The notes: generated by a model from the sequence alone, not told the origin. A stretch of DNA of 29,198 nucleotides from Halalkalibacterium halodurans (GCF_004376175.1 NZ_SNUY01000027.1:1-29198), one strand, 5' to 3'; positions 9,498 through 18,980 are shown, numbered from the stretch's first letter. Numbers and translations: made by a program.

Positions 9498-9594
9498 TAG
9501 AAGGGGCTGGGACAAAACCCCAGGAAATAAAAAAATAAGGCGTAGGAGGGGCTGGGACAAAACCCCAGGAAATAAAAAAATAAGGCGTAGGAGC
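9498..9594 (+). repeat. Perfect 45-bp tandem duplication (about 2.1 copies) that contains the IS1182-type left inverted repeat
   Basis: GGGGCTGGGACAAAACCCCAGGAAATAAAAAAATAAGGCGTAGGA occurs at 9503-9547 and again at 9548-9592. Confidence 0.9.
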
Positions 9595-9630
9595 TTACAC
9601 TAAAAAGTGTAGGCTTCACGCCTTTTTATT
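9582..9630 (+). terminator. Strong hairpin plus T-tract just inside the IS left end
   Basis: AAGGCGTAGGAGCTTACAC taaaaa GTGTAGGCTTCACGCCTT forms 18 bp with one bulged A, followed by TTTATT. Confidence 0.6.
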
Positions 9631-9706
9631 CGTATTTTGTGTAAACCAAAAGGACACCTTTTGATAAAATTAAAGTGACTAAACAATAATTTTTGGAGGT
9701 GTCCTT

Positions 9707-11365
9707 ATGTTTAAACAGTATACCATGAATCAAATTGTTTTGCCGCTAGATTTAGAAATAAAATTACAAGAAAATGATATTGCTTTTGCGATTAATGACC
9801 TTGTAGAGAGCATACCAGAGGAAGCATTCAAAGATTTCTTACGCCAAACTGGACGTCCTGCCTATCATCCTCGTATGATGTTAAAAGTTATTTTGTGTGG
9901 GTATACACAATCTGTGTTTTCTGGTCGTAAGATAGAAGCGTTGCTCCAAGACAGTATTCGGATGATGTGGTTAGCCCAAGGAAATGAGCCGAGCTATCGG
10001 ACGATTAATCGTTTCCGTTCCAATCCACTTATTGAAAAATTACTGCGCGAATGTTTTGTCCAATTCCGTAATCAACTCGTGGAAAAGGAGTTGATTGAAG
10101 AAGAAGCAATTTTTATTGATGGTACGAAGATTGAAGCGAACGCAAACAAATTTACCTTTGTATGGAGAAAATCCGTCGAACAATATAGTGAAAAATTAAT
10201 AGAAAAGTCCAACCAACTGTATGATGAATTATTGGAAAAGGAAATTATCCCAGCGATAGAACGAGAAAGTAAAGAAGAACTAACCGTTAAAGAAATGGAA
10301 GAAGTGGTCAAAAAGTTAGACGAAACAGTCAGCGAATATGATAAAAAAATTGAAGCTTGTGAGGTCGGCAGTGAACGGAAGAACATTCGCGCTGAACGTA
10401 AAGCACCAAAACAAGCTCGTAAGCAGTTCATGGATTTCATTGCTCGTAAACAAAAGTATCAAAAAGATATGGAGACTTTCGGCGAACGCAATAGCTATTC
10501 AAAAACTGATCCTGATGCGACGTTTATGCGGATGAAGGACGATTACATGAAGAACGGTCAATTGAAAGCTGGTTATAATGTACAACTTGCGACAGAAGGT
10601 CAATACGCACTCGCTTACGATGTTTTTCCAAATCCAACAGATACACGCACCTTGATTCCATTTCTTCAAACGATAGAAGATTTCTTCGAATTACCAGAAT
10701 ATATCGTTGCAGATGCAGGATACGGAAGCGAACAGAACTATGAAGAAATCATTGAGAATCGAAATCGAACGCCACTTATTACATACAATCAGTATCGAAA
10801 GGAAAAGAAAAGGAAACACAAAGACAATGCTTTTCATGTAGACAATTGGGATTATAATGAGGAAGAGGACGCTTTCCGATGTCCAAATGGTCAAAAAGTA
10901 TGGTTTAGCCATCAGTCCAAACGAACAGACAGGTACGGATTCACACGGGAATTTAAAGTGTACGAATGTGAAGATTGTTCAGGCTGTCCATTCCGCGAAC
11001 TGTGCACGAAAGCAAAAGAAGGCAACAATCGAAAAGTCTACATTAATGAAAAGTGGGAATCTCAAAAAGAAAATATACGTATGAAGCTTTCAGACGAGAA
11101 AACTGGTGAAATTTACAGGAAACGAAAAGTTGAAGTAGAACCAGTGTTCGGTTTTCTGAAGGCTAATTTGGGTTTCACTCGAATGTCCGTCAGAGGCAAA
11201 GATAAAGTGAAAAATGAATTGGGGTTTGCATTTATGGCCGTGAACTTGAGAAAGTACACGGCCACGAACGGTGACATAGGGCCAGGAAATAAGAAAAACT
11301 CCACAAAAAAGGTTCCAAGCACTTATTATTTGCTTGGAACCTTTTTACTTACTATTTTTGGCTAG
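9707..11365 (+). CDS. IS1182-family DDE transposase
   Basis: N-terminus ...GRPAYHPRMMLKVILCGYTQSVFSGRKIE...MWL...PSYRTINRFR is typical of IS1182 transposases. Cys-rich CPNG...YECEDCSGCPFRELC segment. GGAGGTG SD. Confidence 0.85.
   Translation: MFKQYTMNQIVLPLDLEIKLQENDIAFAINDLVESIPEEAFKDFLRQTGRPAYHPRMMLKVILCGYTQSVFSGRKIEALLQDSIRMMWLAQGNEPSYRTINRFRSNPLIEKLLRECFVQFRNQLVEKELIEEEAIFIDGTKIEANANKFTFVWRKSVEQYSEKLIEKSNQLYDELLEKEIIPAIERESKEELTVKEMEEVVKKLDETVSEYDKKIEACEVGSERKNIRAERKAPKQARKQFMDFIARKQKYQKDMETFGERNSYSKTDPDATFMRMKDDYMKNGQLKAGYNVQLATEGQYALAYDVFPNPTDTRTLIPFLQTIEDFFELPEYIVADAGYGSEQNYEEIIENRNRTPLITYNQYRKEKKRKHKDNAFHVDNWDYNEEEDAFRCPNGQKVWFSHQSKRTDRYGFTREFKVYECEDCSGCPFRELCTKAKEGNNRKVYINEKWESQKENIRMKLSDEKTGEIYRKRKVEVEPVFGFLKANLGFTRMSVRGKDKVKNELGFAFMAVNLRKYTATNGDIGPGNKKNSTKKVPSTYYLLGTFLLTIFG
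11305..11347. terminator. Bidirectional hairpin terminator inside the IS right end (within the last transposase codons)
   Basis: 13-bp stem AAGGTTCCAAGCA/TGCTTGGAACCTT, flanked by A6 upstream and T5 downstream. Confidence 0.6.
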
Positions 11366-11389
11366 TTTTGTCCCAGCCTCTCCCGGCGA

Positions 11390-12109
11390 TTATTCTCCTA
11401 AATCAACATTGTGATACACTTGCTGGACATCCTCTAGATCCTCAAGTACATCAATTAACTTCTCAAACTGCTCTTGATCTTCCTGTGATAAACTCACTTC
11501 TGTTTGTGGGATCATCGAAATTTCGGCTACCACAAACTCTTCGACGCCAGTCTGTTTAAACGCTTCCTGCACCGCATGGAATTGATCCGGTTCAGCATAA
11601 ACGATCGTCACCTCATCTTCCTGCACTAGGTCACGAACATCCAGATCTGCTTCCATTAACAATTCAAGCACGTCTTCCTCAGTCTTCCCTTGGACACCGA
11701 TGATAGCGGTTTGGTCAAACATGTAAGCGACAGATCCGCTCACCCCCATATTCCCACCATTCTTCCCAAATGCCGCGCGAACTTCAGAAGCTGTCCGGTT
11801 TACATTGTTTGTTAACGCATCGACAATAACCATCGAGCCACTCGGACCAAAGCCTTCATATCGAAGTTTATCAAAGGTTTCATCTGAACCACCTTTTGCC
11901 TTTTCAATGGCTCGTTCAATGATCGCTTTTGGTACGTTGTACGTTTTCGCACGTTCAAGGACAAATTTTAATGCCTGGTTTAACTCAGGATCTGGTTCCC
12001 CTTGCTTTGCAGCAACATAAATCTCTCGGCCAAATTTAGCATAGATCCGGCTCGTATTTTTATCTTTTGCTGCTTTTTTCTCTTTAATGTTGTTCCATTT
12101 ACGTCCCAT
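11390..12109 (-). CDS. YebC/PmpR-family transcriptional regulator/translation factor
   Basis: Begins [16 protein letters not shown], the hallmark of the YeeI/YebC subfamily. About 239 aa. Start moved from GTG 12118 to ATG 12109. Confidence 0.85.
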   Translation of the reverse strand: MGRKWNNIKEKKAAKDKNTSRIYAKFGREIYVAAKQGEPDPELNQALKFVLERAKTYNVPKAIIERAIEKAKGGSDETFDKLRYEGFGPSGSMVIVDALTNNVNRTASEVRAAFGKNGGNMGVSGSVAYMFDQTAIIGVQGKTEEDVLELLMEADLDVRDLVQEDEVTIVYAEPDQFHAVQEAFKQTGVEEFVVAEISMIPQTEVSLSQEDQEQFEKLIDVLEDLEDVQQVYHNVDLGE

Positions 12110-12197
12110 ACGTTCCACTCGCTTTCAATGTTCTCATGATGTATTTTATTATAGCGGATCGTAAACAATGTTTCGAGCTTTTCAAAAGAGTAGAATA

Positions 12198-13052
12198 TTA
12201 CTTATAAGAAGTTGGCGTCCGCTCGATGGATGCAACGATCTCTCCTTCATCGTTCCACTTAATGGCACGATATTTGTAGTCATGATAGAACAAATACCAC
12301 GCCTCCTGTTCAGAGGCAAAGGCTTGCCATTTTTGCTTAGCGAAAATCGAGTCCATCGGATAGTCATCATAAGCGAGCACCCAAAGAACGTTCTGATGAG
12401 CATGGGTAGGCATAATATCGGCTAAATGTATGAACGTTTCTCCTTCATGCTCAATGACTATGATGGAATGTCCGTCAGAATGGCCCCCTGTATGAATCAT
12501 TCGAATTCCTGGAATAATTTCTTGCTCCTTTTCAAAAGTGACCACTTGCTGTTCCACTGGACGCCAATTTTGCTCCCAGTATGTATTTCGAGAGCGAATG
12601 TTTGGTTCTCGCATCTCAGCCCATTCTCTTGCCGACGCATAAATGACAGCGTTTTCAAAAGTTGATACCCATTCTCCTTCTTTTTGTTTTGCAAGACCGC
12701 TTGCATGATCAAAATGAAGATGTGTCATTAGCACAGCGTCAATGTCGGCAACTGTAAGGCCTAATGATTGCAAATCATCCTCCAGAAACGACTCTTCACT
12801 AATGCCATAATTCCGCTTCTGCTTGTCGGTAAAACGTCCGTTTCCAATTCCTGATTCCACTAAAATGTTTTGACCATCCAGTTGAATAAGAAACGGGTCG
12901 GTGCGTAGTTCAATTTGATTTTTTTCGTTAGAAGGATACTTTCGGCTCCATAGCGGTTTTGGGACAACACCGAACATGGCACCTCCATCCATATGAGTCA
13001 CGCCTCCACGCAACCACGTAATCGTCATCTTGCCAACGGTCAATTTTTCCAT
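12198..13052 (-). CDS. ytnP: MBL-fold metallo-hydrolase (YtnP-like lactonase family)
   Basis: HLHFDHASG (HxHxDH) motif. An extended -10 TGCTACAAT (complement of 13084-13092) overlaps the track ATG at 13085, so the start is set at ATG 13052, after GGGGAGGGG. Confidence 0.7.
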   Translation of the reverse strand: MEKLTVGKMTITWLRGGVTHMDGGAMFGVVPKPLWSRKYPSNEKNQIELRTDPFLIQLDGQNILVESGIGNGRFTDKQKRNYGISEESFLEDDLQSLGLTVADIDAVLMTHLHFDHASGLAKQKEGEWVSTFENAVIYASAREWAEMREPNIRSRNTYWEQNWRPVEQQVVTFEKEQEIIPGIRMIHTGGHSDGHSIIVIEHEGETFIHLADIMPTHAHQNVLWVLAYDDYPMDSIFAKQKWQAFASEQEAWYLFYHDYKYRAIKWNDEGEIVASIERTPTSYK

Positions 13053-13160
13053 TTCCATCCCCTCCCCAAAAATCATCTCTTTCATTGTAGCACAGACGAC
13101 AAGAATGAACAGTCGCTCATCATTAGCATACAGCCCCTTAGAGGGAGTTTTTTACGCATA

Positions 13161-13193
13161 TAAAAATAAGCCACACCTTTAAAGGTTATGGCT
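13161..13193 (-). terminator. Terminator of trmB, overlapping its stop codon
   Basis: Minus strand AGCCATAACC tttaaa GGTGTGGCT followed by TATTTTTA. Confidence 0.5.
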
Positions 13194-13841
13194 TTCTTCA
13201 TTCGTGCGAAATTGGGCCTCACAGCGGTAAATCCGCATTCCTTTTTTCGCAAACTTTTCTTCGTATTCGGTCATAATGTTTCCCTCAAAATCACTGTTGT
13301 GTAAATCTAAGCTCACGTTATGGAGAATCATGCCGTATTTAGAAAAGCTGTGCAACGAATACTCGAACAGTCCTTGATTATCGGTTTTGAAATGTATGTC
13401 CCCTTTCTCCTTCAACACGATCTCATACTTAGCTAAAAAGTCTTTATACGTTAAACGACGTTTTTCGTGACGCTTTTTTGGCCAAGGATCTGTAAAGTTT
13501 ATAAACAAACGGGATACTTCACCATCCGCAAAAAAGTCCAATAAATCGTAGACATCCTCCGATAAAAATTTAAGGTTTGTCAATTCTGCCTCTTTTGCTC
13601 GCTCCATAGCGGTTACAAGCACGCTTTCATAGCGTTCAATCCCAATGAAATTAATCTCTGGATGATGCTTGGCCATTCCTGTTAAAAACTGTCCCTTACC
13701 AGTACCAACTTCAATGTAAAGTGGAGCTTGACGCCCGAAGCATCTATGCCAATTTCCTTTCCATGTAGCAGGCTGTTGAATCACAACATCAGGGTTTTGT
13801 GCGATGGCATCTCTTGCCCATGGTTTATTACGTAACCGCAC
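13179..13841 (-). CDS. trmB: tRNA (guanine46-N7)-methyltransferase
   Basis: [12 protein letters not shown]-binding motif and [15 protein letters not shown]. The GTG at 13841 (MRLRNKPWA) lies 8 nt after AGGAG. The track start is part of the SD. Confidence 0.9.
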   Translation of the reverse strand: MRLRNKPWARDAIAQNPDVVIQQPATWKGNWHRCFGRQAPLYIEVGTGKGQFLTGMAKHHPEINFIGIERYESVLVTAMERAKEAELTNLKFLSEDVYDLLDFFADGEVSRLFINFTDPWPKKRHEKRRLTYKDFLAKYEIVLKEKGDIHFKTDNQGLFEYSLHSFSKYGMILHNVSLDLHNSDFEGNIMTEYEEKFAKKGMRIYRCEAQFRTNEESHNL

Positions 13842-14005
13842 GGTAACCACTCCTTTTTATACTTTCTATCACCAACGTCATTATAGTCATAACGAGTTAA
13901 AATGTATAGAGCGTATCTTTTTTCAAAAATAGATCGTTTGTAAACGGAGACTGTATATTCTATCTGTGACTGCTTACCCTATGTATAAAAAGGTGGAATA
14001 TTTCA

Positions 14006-14254
14006 ATGCTAAACAACACTCATAAACTTGGTTTATTAAAGGATTTACTTCAAGGGCAAGATGCTGATCAATATATGACTCTTGATCAAGCGCGCCAAAT
14101 TGATGAATTAACATTGGCGATGATGAATGACCCAAACCTTTCAGCAGACGTACAAGCGACACTTGAATCGATTCAGTCGAAATTAGAGCATAATACGAGT
14201 CCTTTTTTAGCAAGCGATGTTGAACAATGGCTATCCGAGCTAGATCATCAGTAA
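14006..14254 (+). CDS. ytzH: YtzH-like small protein
   Basis: 82 aa, AAGGTGG SD 9 nt upstream. Located between trmB and ytmP as in B. subtilis. Preferred over the antisense ORF 13974-14294, which lacks an SD. Confidence 0.55.
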   Translation: MLNNTHKLGLLKDLLQGQDADQYMTLDQARQIDELTLAMMNDPNLSADVQATLESIQSKLEHNTSPFLASDVEQWLSELDHQ

Positions 14255-14261
14255 CTTCGAC

Positions 14262-14838
14262 AGCGATTGCTCCTATTCCCCAGGAAATAATCAACAGGAT
14301 GTCATTTCCTAGGGAAAGTGTAAGCCACTTTTATTTTGCAAGTGTTTATTTTATAGAGAGTGAATTGTTTCAAAAACACTTGCTTTCCCCGCAGACGTCT
14401 CGTGATTTTAACAATCAACTTAGAAAAAAACGTCTGTCTAGCTATGGCACAGATCGTCATGGCTTTACACGAACATTCTCTGGATATGAATGTGAAGCTT
14501 GTTCAGGTTTCCCATTACGGACGTAATGCACCAAGCAAGAAGGACGCTATAAAGAAAAAGATCCTACAGATGGTTCCAGATGGGTAATCTAGGAAAATCT
14601 ATAGTCAGCCTAAAAAGAATGCAGAACAAGTTCTTGGATACTTGAAGGCTCATTTATGTTTCACTCGAATGTCCGTATGGGCTTGCCTTTATAGCCGTAA
14701 ATTTATGAAAGTACACGGCTATAAACGGCAATCAAACGACTAACGATCCCATGAATTCAACAGAAAAAAGGTTCGGATCATCAAAATAAAATGATCGAAC
14801 CTTTTTTATTACGTTTTCCTACTCATGTCCCATCCTCA
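14262..14838 (+). mobile_element. Internally deleted, decayed IS1182-family element (left-end fragment fused to the 3' third of a transposase pseudogene plus the right end)
   Basis: CCCCAGGAAATAA (14278-14290) and a GCAAGTGTTT/AAACACTTGC hairpin (14339-14348, 14375-14384) parallel the intact IS left end. The frame-disrupted ...TDRHGFTRTFSGYECEACSG... matches TDRYGFTREFKVYECEDCSGC of the intact transposase. TTCACTCGAATGTCCGT, GAAAGTACACGGC and a terminal hairpin plus GTCCCATCCTC parallel the intact right end. Confidence 0.75.
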
Positions 14839-15618
14839 TTAAAATGAATCATCAAGCAACGTCTTTAAAAAGTCCTGCCACGTTTCAGCCTCTGCATGCT
14901 TCCCGCGATCCATATTCGAAAGCATAACGGAAATGGTTTGTGAGACGACATACCAGTGCATGCGAAGCAACAAATGATCCGACATTTCTAAGCCGTAATT
15001 GGCTAACCATGTCTTCCATTCATGCCGAGGAACATAGGAATACAATAATAAACCTAGGTCCAAAGCCGGATCTGCAACAGTGGCTCCATCCCAATCAATT
15101 AAATAGAGCTCCCCAGCATCACTCATCATCCAATTATTATGATTAATGTCGCAATGACAAACAACATACTGTTCTTGATTCACAGCCTCTTGCTGTGTTT
15201 GTAAAAACTTTAGACCTTTTTGAAAAAGAAGGTCGTCACACTCATGCCTCTTCATAGAGGCTTTTAGATCATCAATGATCCGTTGAGGGGTTAACATATC
15301 ATTTCCCATTCGCTTAAACATGTCCAACAATTCGACTGAATGATGAATTTTTGCTAAAAGATGCGCAACATTCGGCTCTTTCATTTCAAAGGCTTTTAAT
15401 TCACGCCCGTATACCCATCGTTGGGCCGTAATCACATCTCCATTTTCCAGCCTTTTCGTCCAAAGGAGCTTAGGGACGATGCCCTCAGCCGAGAGCACAG
15501 CTAAAAAAGGTGACGAGTTCCGCTTTAAGAAAAGCCTCTGCTCACCTTGCTCTGCGATATACGCTTCCCCAGTCGCACCTCCAGCAGGCTTAACCTGCCA
15601 TCCTTCTCCTAAAAACAT
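14839..15618 (-). CDS. ytmP: Aminoglycoside/choline-kinase-like phosphotransferase (YtmP-like)
   Basis: Catalytic HCDINHNNW and LIDWDGA motifs. ATG 15618 lies 9 nt after GAGGGTGAAA. The track TTG at 15639 lacks an SD. Confidence 0.75.
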   Translation of the reverse strand: MFLGEGWQVKPAGGATGEAYIAEQGEQRLFLKRNSSPFLAVLSAEGIVPKLLWTKRLENGDVITAQRWVYGRELKAFEMKEPNVAHLLAKIHHSVELLDMFKRMGNDMLTPQRIIDDLKASMKRHECDDLLFQKGLKFLQTQQEAVNQEQYVVCHCDINHNNWMMSDAGELYLIDWDGATVADPALDLGLLLYSYVPRHEWKTWLANYGLEMSDHLLLRMHWYVVSQTISVMLSNMDRGKHAEAETWQDFLKTLLDDSF

Positions 15619-15807
15619 GTTCAACCGTTTCACCCTCAAACCTTTATGGATCTCGTTATCGTATTCTTAAGTATAACGCAGTTTGCAAGAAATACCCATA
15701 GTAAATTATTAGCTTTCCATCGCCATTAGAAAAACGTAAGTTATCATCAAGCCCTATCGCGAAAGCCTTAGTAATTTCTGCAAAGGAATTTTCAGCTTTT
15801 TGATGAT

Positions 15808-15845
15808 GCAAAAAAAAGAAAACAGAGCTGCAAACAACAACTCTG
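15808..15845 (-). terminator. Terminator of amyX
   Basis: Minus strand CAGAGTTG ttgtttg CAGCTCTG followed by TTTTCTTTTTTTT. Confidence 0.7.
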
Positions 15846-15854
15846 CCTGCTTTC

Positions 15855-18008
15855 CTATTCGTTAAGTCGATACAAAACCATGGATGATCGACTTTGTACA
15901 CTTACCGTATGACCATTGAACGTATACAATGGTACCAAACCTGCCTTCTTTCCGTCAACGATGACTTCCCACTCACCACTTGCTGGTAGTCGTATGTCTA
16001 CCTTATCTCCTCCACCATTATGGAGGACAACCATCTCATCCCAAGGCCCCCATTTAGCGATGTGGTGATAATGGAATCCGATCACTTCGGATGGAGTTTT
16101 CAAAGGACACATGTGCGTGTTCACCTCAGAAAATGTTGAGAAGCTAAAGGCGCGGTGGGCCTTCCGTAATGCGATGAGCCCTTTCACATACTCTACATCC
16201 GCCGCATAAATAGCCCTTCTTGACCAATCTAATTGATTGATCCAATCCGGAGAATTGTAACTATTTCCTTCACCATGTTTCGTCCGAAAAAACTCTTGTC
16301 CCCCATGAAGAAACGGAATGCCCTGAGAGGTTAAAACGATAGCTGTTGCTAACCGGTGACATGCTCTAAGCACTTCCTCCTCTTCATCAGGGAAGACAAA
16401 TTGGAGCTTATCCCAAAGTGTATGATTATCATGGGCCTCCACATATTGAATCGCCTGACTTGGTCTGTCAAACTGAGCTTCATGCCCGAGCATACTAGCG
16501 ATTAGCGTCTCTTTCAACTCTATGTTTCCTGCACAAAAGCCCCCCTTATTAAGATCAAACGTACTTCCTTTTACCGCATCGCGAAACGTATCATGAAAAA
16601 AGTGTAAAAAAGGGACTGCCCTTGCTTGTGCCAGCGTTGTTTTTTGATCATTTTCCAACGGTGTCTCAAGATCCCAACCTTCACCTAACAGCAAAATCTG
16701 ACGATTGATTGGGGCAAGGGCACGCTTCACTTCCTTCATCGTCATTTGATCAATAATTCCCATTAAGTCAAAGCGAAATCCGTCAACCCGGTATTCGCTA
16801 GCCCAATAAGTAACACAATCAACGATGAATTTACGGACCATTAGCCGCTCGCTGGCAATGTCATTTCCTACCCCGGTACCATCTGCCAAATTTCCTTCCC
16901 CATCATAGCGAAAATAGTAACCTGGAACGAGCTTTTCAAACGGAGACTCTTTCATCACGTACACATGGTTAAACACAACATCTAAAATGACTCTAAGGTC
17001 CATTCGCTGGCATTGTGCAATCAATTGTTTCAATTCCTTTACTCGCGTCACACCATCGTAAGGATCAGAAGCATAGCTCCCCTCTGGGGCGAAATAATGA
17101 ACAACATCATAGCCCCAATTGTATTCTTTTTCCCGATTGGCTTCATCCACACTTCCATAGTCAGCAACCGGTAAAAGCTCTAAATGGGTAACACCTAGTT
17201 CGCGTATATACGATAGACCGGTCGACTCCCCCCATGGACCGCACGTATTTTGTTCGGCCAAGGATAGATAGGTTCCTTTCTTATGATGACCACTCCCTGG
17301 ATAAACGGTCGCATCACGAATGTGCAACTCATAAATAATTGTATGTTCTGGCGGGATCGGGTGAACCGTTGGCCAAGAGGCTGGATCGGTCCGCTTTAGA
17401 TCAAAAATGACCCCTTTTTCTCCATTCACGGTCACACTTTTTGCATACGGATCGACCGTCGTTTTCCATTTGCCATTTACCTTCGCTCGATACAAGTAAC
17501 AATATTGATGTAAGTCTCCATCTAAGCTGACGGACCAAACGCCGTTAGGCGAGCGCTTCATTTGATATTCAATCGCTTCGAGTGTATGCCAGTTTTCATA
17601 GAGCAATAGAGAAACCTCTGTGGCAACCGGAGTCCACACAGCAAACACGGTTCGTTCATGTGAATAAAGAGCCCCTAGCTCTCCGTTATAAACATACTGC
17701 TGATCAAATGCTTCCGTACGAACGACTCGCCCCACTTTAATTAAATGGGTTTGTTCATGATTTTTCTGACGTAGCTTATATTCAACACCAAGCTCAAGTG
17801 GATCATCGAATTGAATGAACGCAATAGCTCCCCTTTCCCACTCCTGCCAACTCTTGATAGAGAACGGGACTGTCGTTCCTTCTTTCTCAACGACAAATGG
17901 GCAAACCTGTTCTTTCGTTACGGTAAAGTGAATCATCACCGTGTGGAGCGTTACAATCTCTGCTGAATAAAAAAGACATTTGACAGCCTGCTCTTCAATT
18001 TGCTTCAA
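15855..18008 (-). CDS. amyX: Type I pullulanase (GH13)
   Basis: YNWGYD, DGFRFDLMG, GEGWD and YVEAHDN GH13 regions. 717 aa, co-linear with B. subtilis AmyX as I recall it. TTG start after AAAGGTGG. Confidence 0.9.
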   Translation of the reverse strand: MKQIEEQAVKCLFYSAEIVTLHTVMIHFTVTKEQVCPFVVEKEGTTVPFSIKSWQEWERGAIAFIQFDDPLELGVEYKLRQKNHEQTHLIKVGRVVRTEAFDQQYVYNGELGALYSHERTVFAVWTPVATEVSLLLYENWHTLEAIEYQMKRSPNGVWSVSLDGDLHQYCYLYRAKVNGKWKTTVDPYAKSVTVNGEKGVIFDLKRTDPASWPTVHPIPPEHTIIYELHIRDATVYPGSGHHKKGTYLSLAEQNTCGPWGESTGLSYIRELGVTHLELLPVADYGSVDEANREKEYNWGYDVVHYFAPEGSYASDPYDGVTRVKELKQLIAQCQRMDLRVILDVVFNHVYVMKESPFEKLVPGYYFRYDGEGNLADGTGVGNDIASERLMVRKFIVDCVTYWASEYRVDGFRFDLMGIIDQMTMKEVKRALAPINRQILLLGEGWDLETPLENDQKTTLAQARAVPFLHFFHDTFRDAVKGSTFDLNKGGFCAGNIELKETLIASMLGHEAQFDRPSQAIQYVEAHDNHTLWDKLQFVFPDEEEEVLRACHRLATAIVLTSQGIPFLHGGQEFFRTKHGEGNSYNSPDWINQLDWSRRAIYAADVEYVKGLIALRKAHRAFSFSTFSEVNTHMCPLKTPSEVIGFHYHHIAKWGPWDEMVVLHNGGGDKVDIRLPASGEWEVIVDGKKAGLVPLYTFNGHTVSVQSRSSMVLYRLNE

Positions 18009-18103
18009 TGTAGAAAGCCACCTTTCGTTCTAGGCTCAACCTCAGTCGTTACCTAGAAAGAATACGTTAGATTGTTTTACAAGTTCATAGGAGGATGTTT
18101 TTT

Positions 18104-18973
18104 ATGGAAAGTGTTATGAAAAAGCGTATTCGCCTACTCATTTCTTGTCATGATCAGCCAGGAATTGTTGCGGCGATTTCAACATTTTTAAACCATCACG
18201 GTGCCAACATTGTGCAATCCGATCAATATTCTACCGATCCTGAAGGCGGACGTTTTTTTATGAGGGTTGAATTTGATCAAAATAACGATTCGATTACATT
18301 TGAAGCGTTAAAAACAGCCTTTACGGATGTTGCTGCCGAATATAAAATGAACTGGCGCATGGAACAAGCATCAAGAAAAAAACGTATGGCGATCTTCGTC
18401 TCAAAAGAAGACCACTGCTTACTTGAGCTATTATGGAAATGGCACTCAAATGAGCTCATCTGTGACATTCCACTCGTCATTAGCAACCACGATGAATTAC
18501 GAGATGTTGTTGAAGGTTATGGAATCCCTTATTATCATATTCCGGTTTCGAAGGAAAGAAAAGCAGAAGCCGAACAAAAACAAATTGAGCTTCTTCATCA
18601 ATATAATATTGATGTCATCGTTTTGGCGCGCTATATGCAAATCATTTCATCGCATTTTGTCGATACGTTTAAAGATAAAATCATTAATATTCACCATTCA
18701 TTCTTGCCCGCTTTTATCGGAGCCAATCCATATGCAAAGGCGTTTGAGCGGGGCGTAAAGCTAATAGGAGCCACAGCTCACTTTGTGACAGATGATTTGG
18801 ACGAGGGGCCAATTATTGAGCAGGATGTTCTTCGTGTCAATCATCGTTACTCCGTTCCTCAATTAAGAGTGGCTGGTCGTAACGTTGAACGTGTGGTGCT
18901 GGCCCGTGCGGTCAATTGGTACCTCGAAGATAAAATTATCGTTTACAGCAACAAAACAGTTGTGTTTTCGTGA
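18104..18973 (+). CDS. purU: Formyltetrahydrofolate deformylase
   Basis: N-terminal ACT domain (LLISCHDQPGIVAAISTFL) plus formyltransferase core (IINIHHSFLPAF, GATAHFVT..LDEGPII). ATG 18104 lies 8 nt after AGGAGGA. Confidence 0.9.
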   Translation: MESVMKKRIRLLISCHDQPGIVAAISTFLNHHGANIVQSDQYSTDPEGGRFFMRVEFDQNNDSITFEALKTAFTDVAAEYKMNWRMEQASRKKRMAIFVSKEDHCLLELLWKWHSNELICDIPLVISNHDELRDVVEGYGIPYYHIPVSKERKAEAEQKQIELLHQYNIDVIVLARYMQIISSHFVDTFKDKIINIHHSFLPAFIGANPYAKAFERGVKLIGATAHFVTDDLDEGPIIEQDVLRVNHRYSVPQLRVAGRNVERVVLARAVNWYLEDKIIVYSNKTVVFS

Positions 18974-18980
18974 TTAGTCG

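Larger units (their letters stand above)
9503..11385 (+). mobile_element. Intact IS1182-family insertion sequence (1.84 kb if the left end is at about 9545, 1.88 kb from 9503)
   Basis: Terminal inverted repeats: GGAGGGGCTGGGACAAAAC on the left (9545-9563; a variant GAAGGGGCTGGGACAAAAC at 9500-9518) and GTTTTGTCCCAGCCTCTCC on the right (11365-11383), 18/19 complementary. They enclose one 552-aa transposase ORF. Confidence 0.85.

Noticed and set aside
9498-9594. Possible mini-CRISPR or other repeat array
   Set aside because: There are only about 2.1 directly abutting copies with no spacers. The unit contains the IS1182 terminal inverted repeat, so it is an IS-end duplication.
13974-14294. 106-aa minus-strand ORF overlapping ytzH
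   Set aside because: The plus-strand 82-aa ORF has a good SD and the expected YtzH position. The minus-strand ORF has neither.
14227-14587. ORFs 14227-14526 and 14360-14587 as real genes
   Set aside because: They are frame fragments of the decayed IS1182-family transposase, with similarity to the intact copy interrupted by stops and frame changes.
15656-15901. 81-aa minus-strand ORF between ytmP and amyX
   Set aside because: It overlaps the amyX 3' end and spans the amyX terminator. It has no SD and no recognisable motif.
18009-18103. Purine riboswitch or PurR box upstream of purU
   Set aside because: The spacer is too short for a guanine/adenine aptamer and shows none of its conserved loops. 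I could identify no clear PurBox pair.
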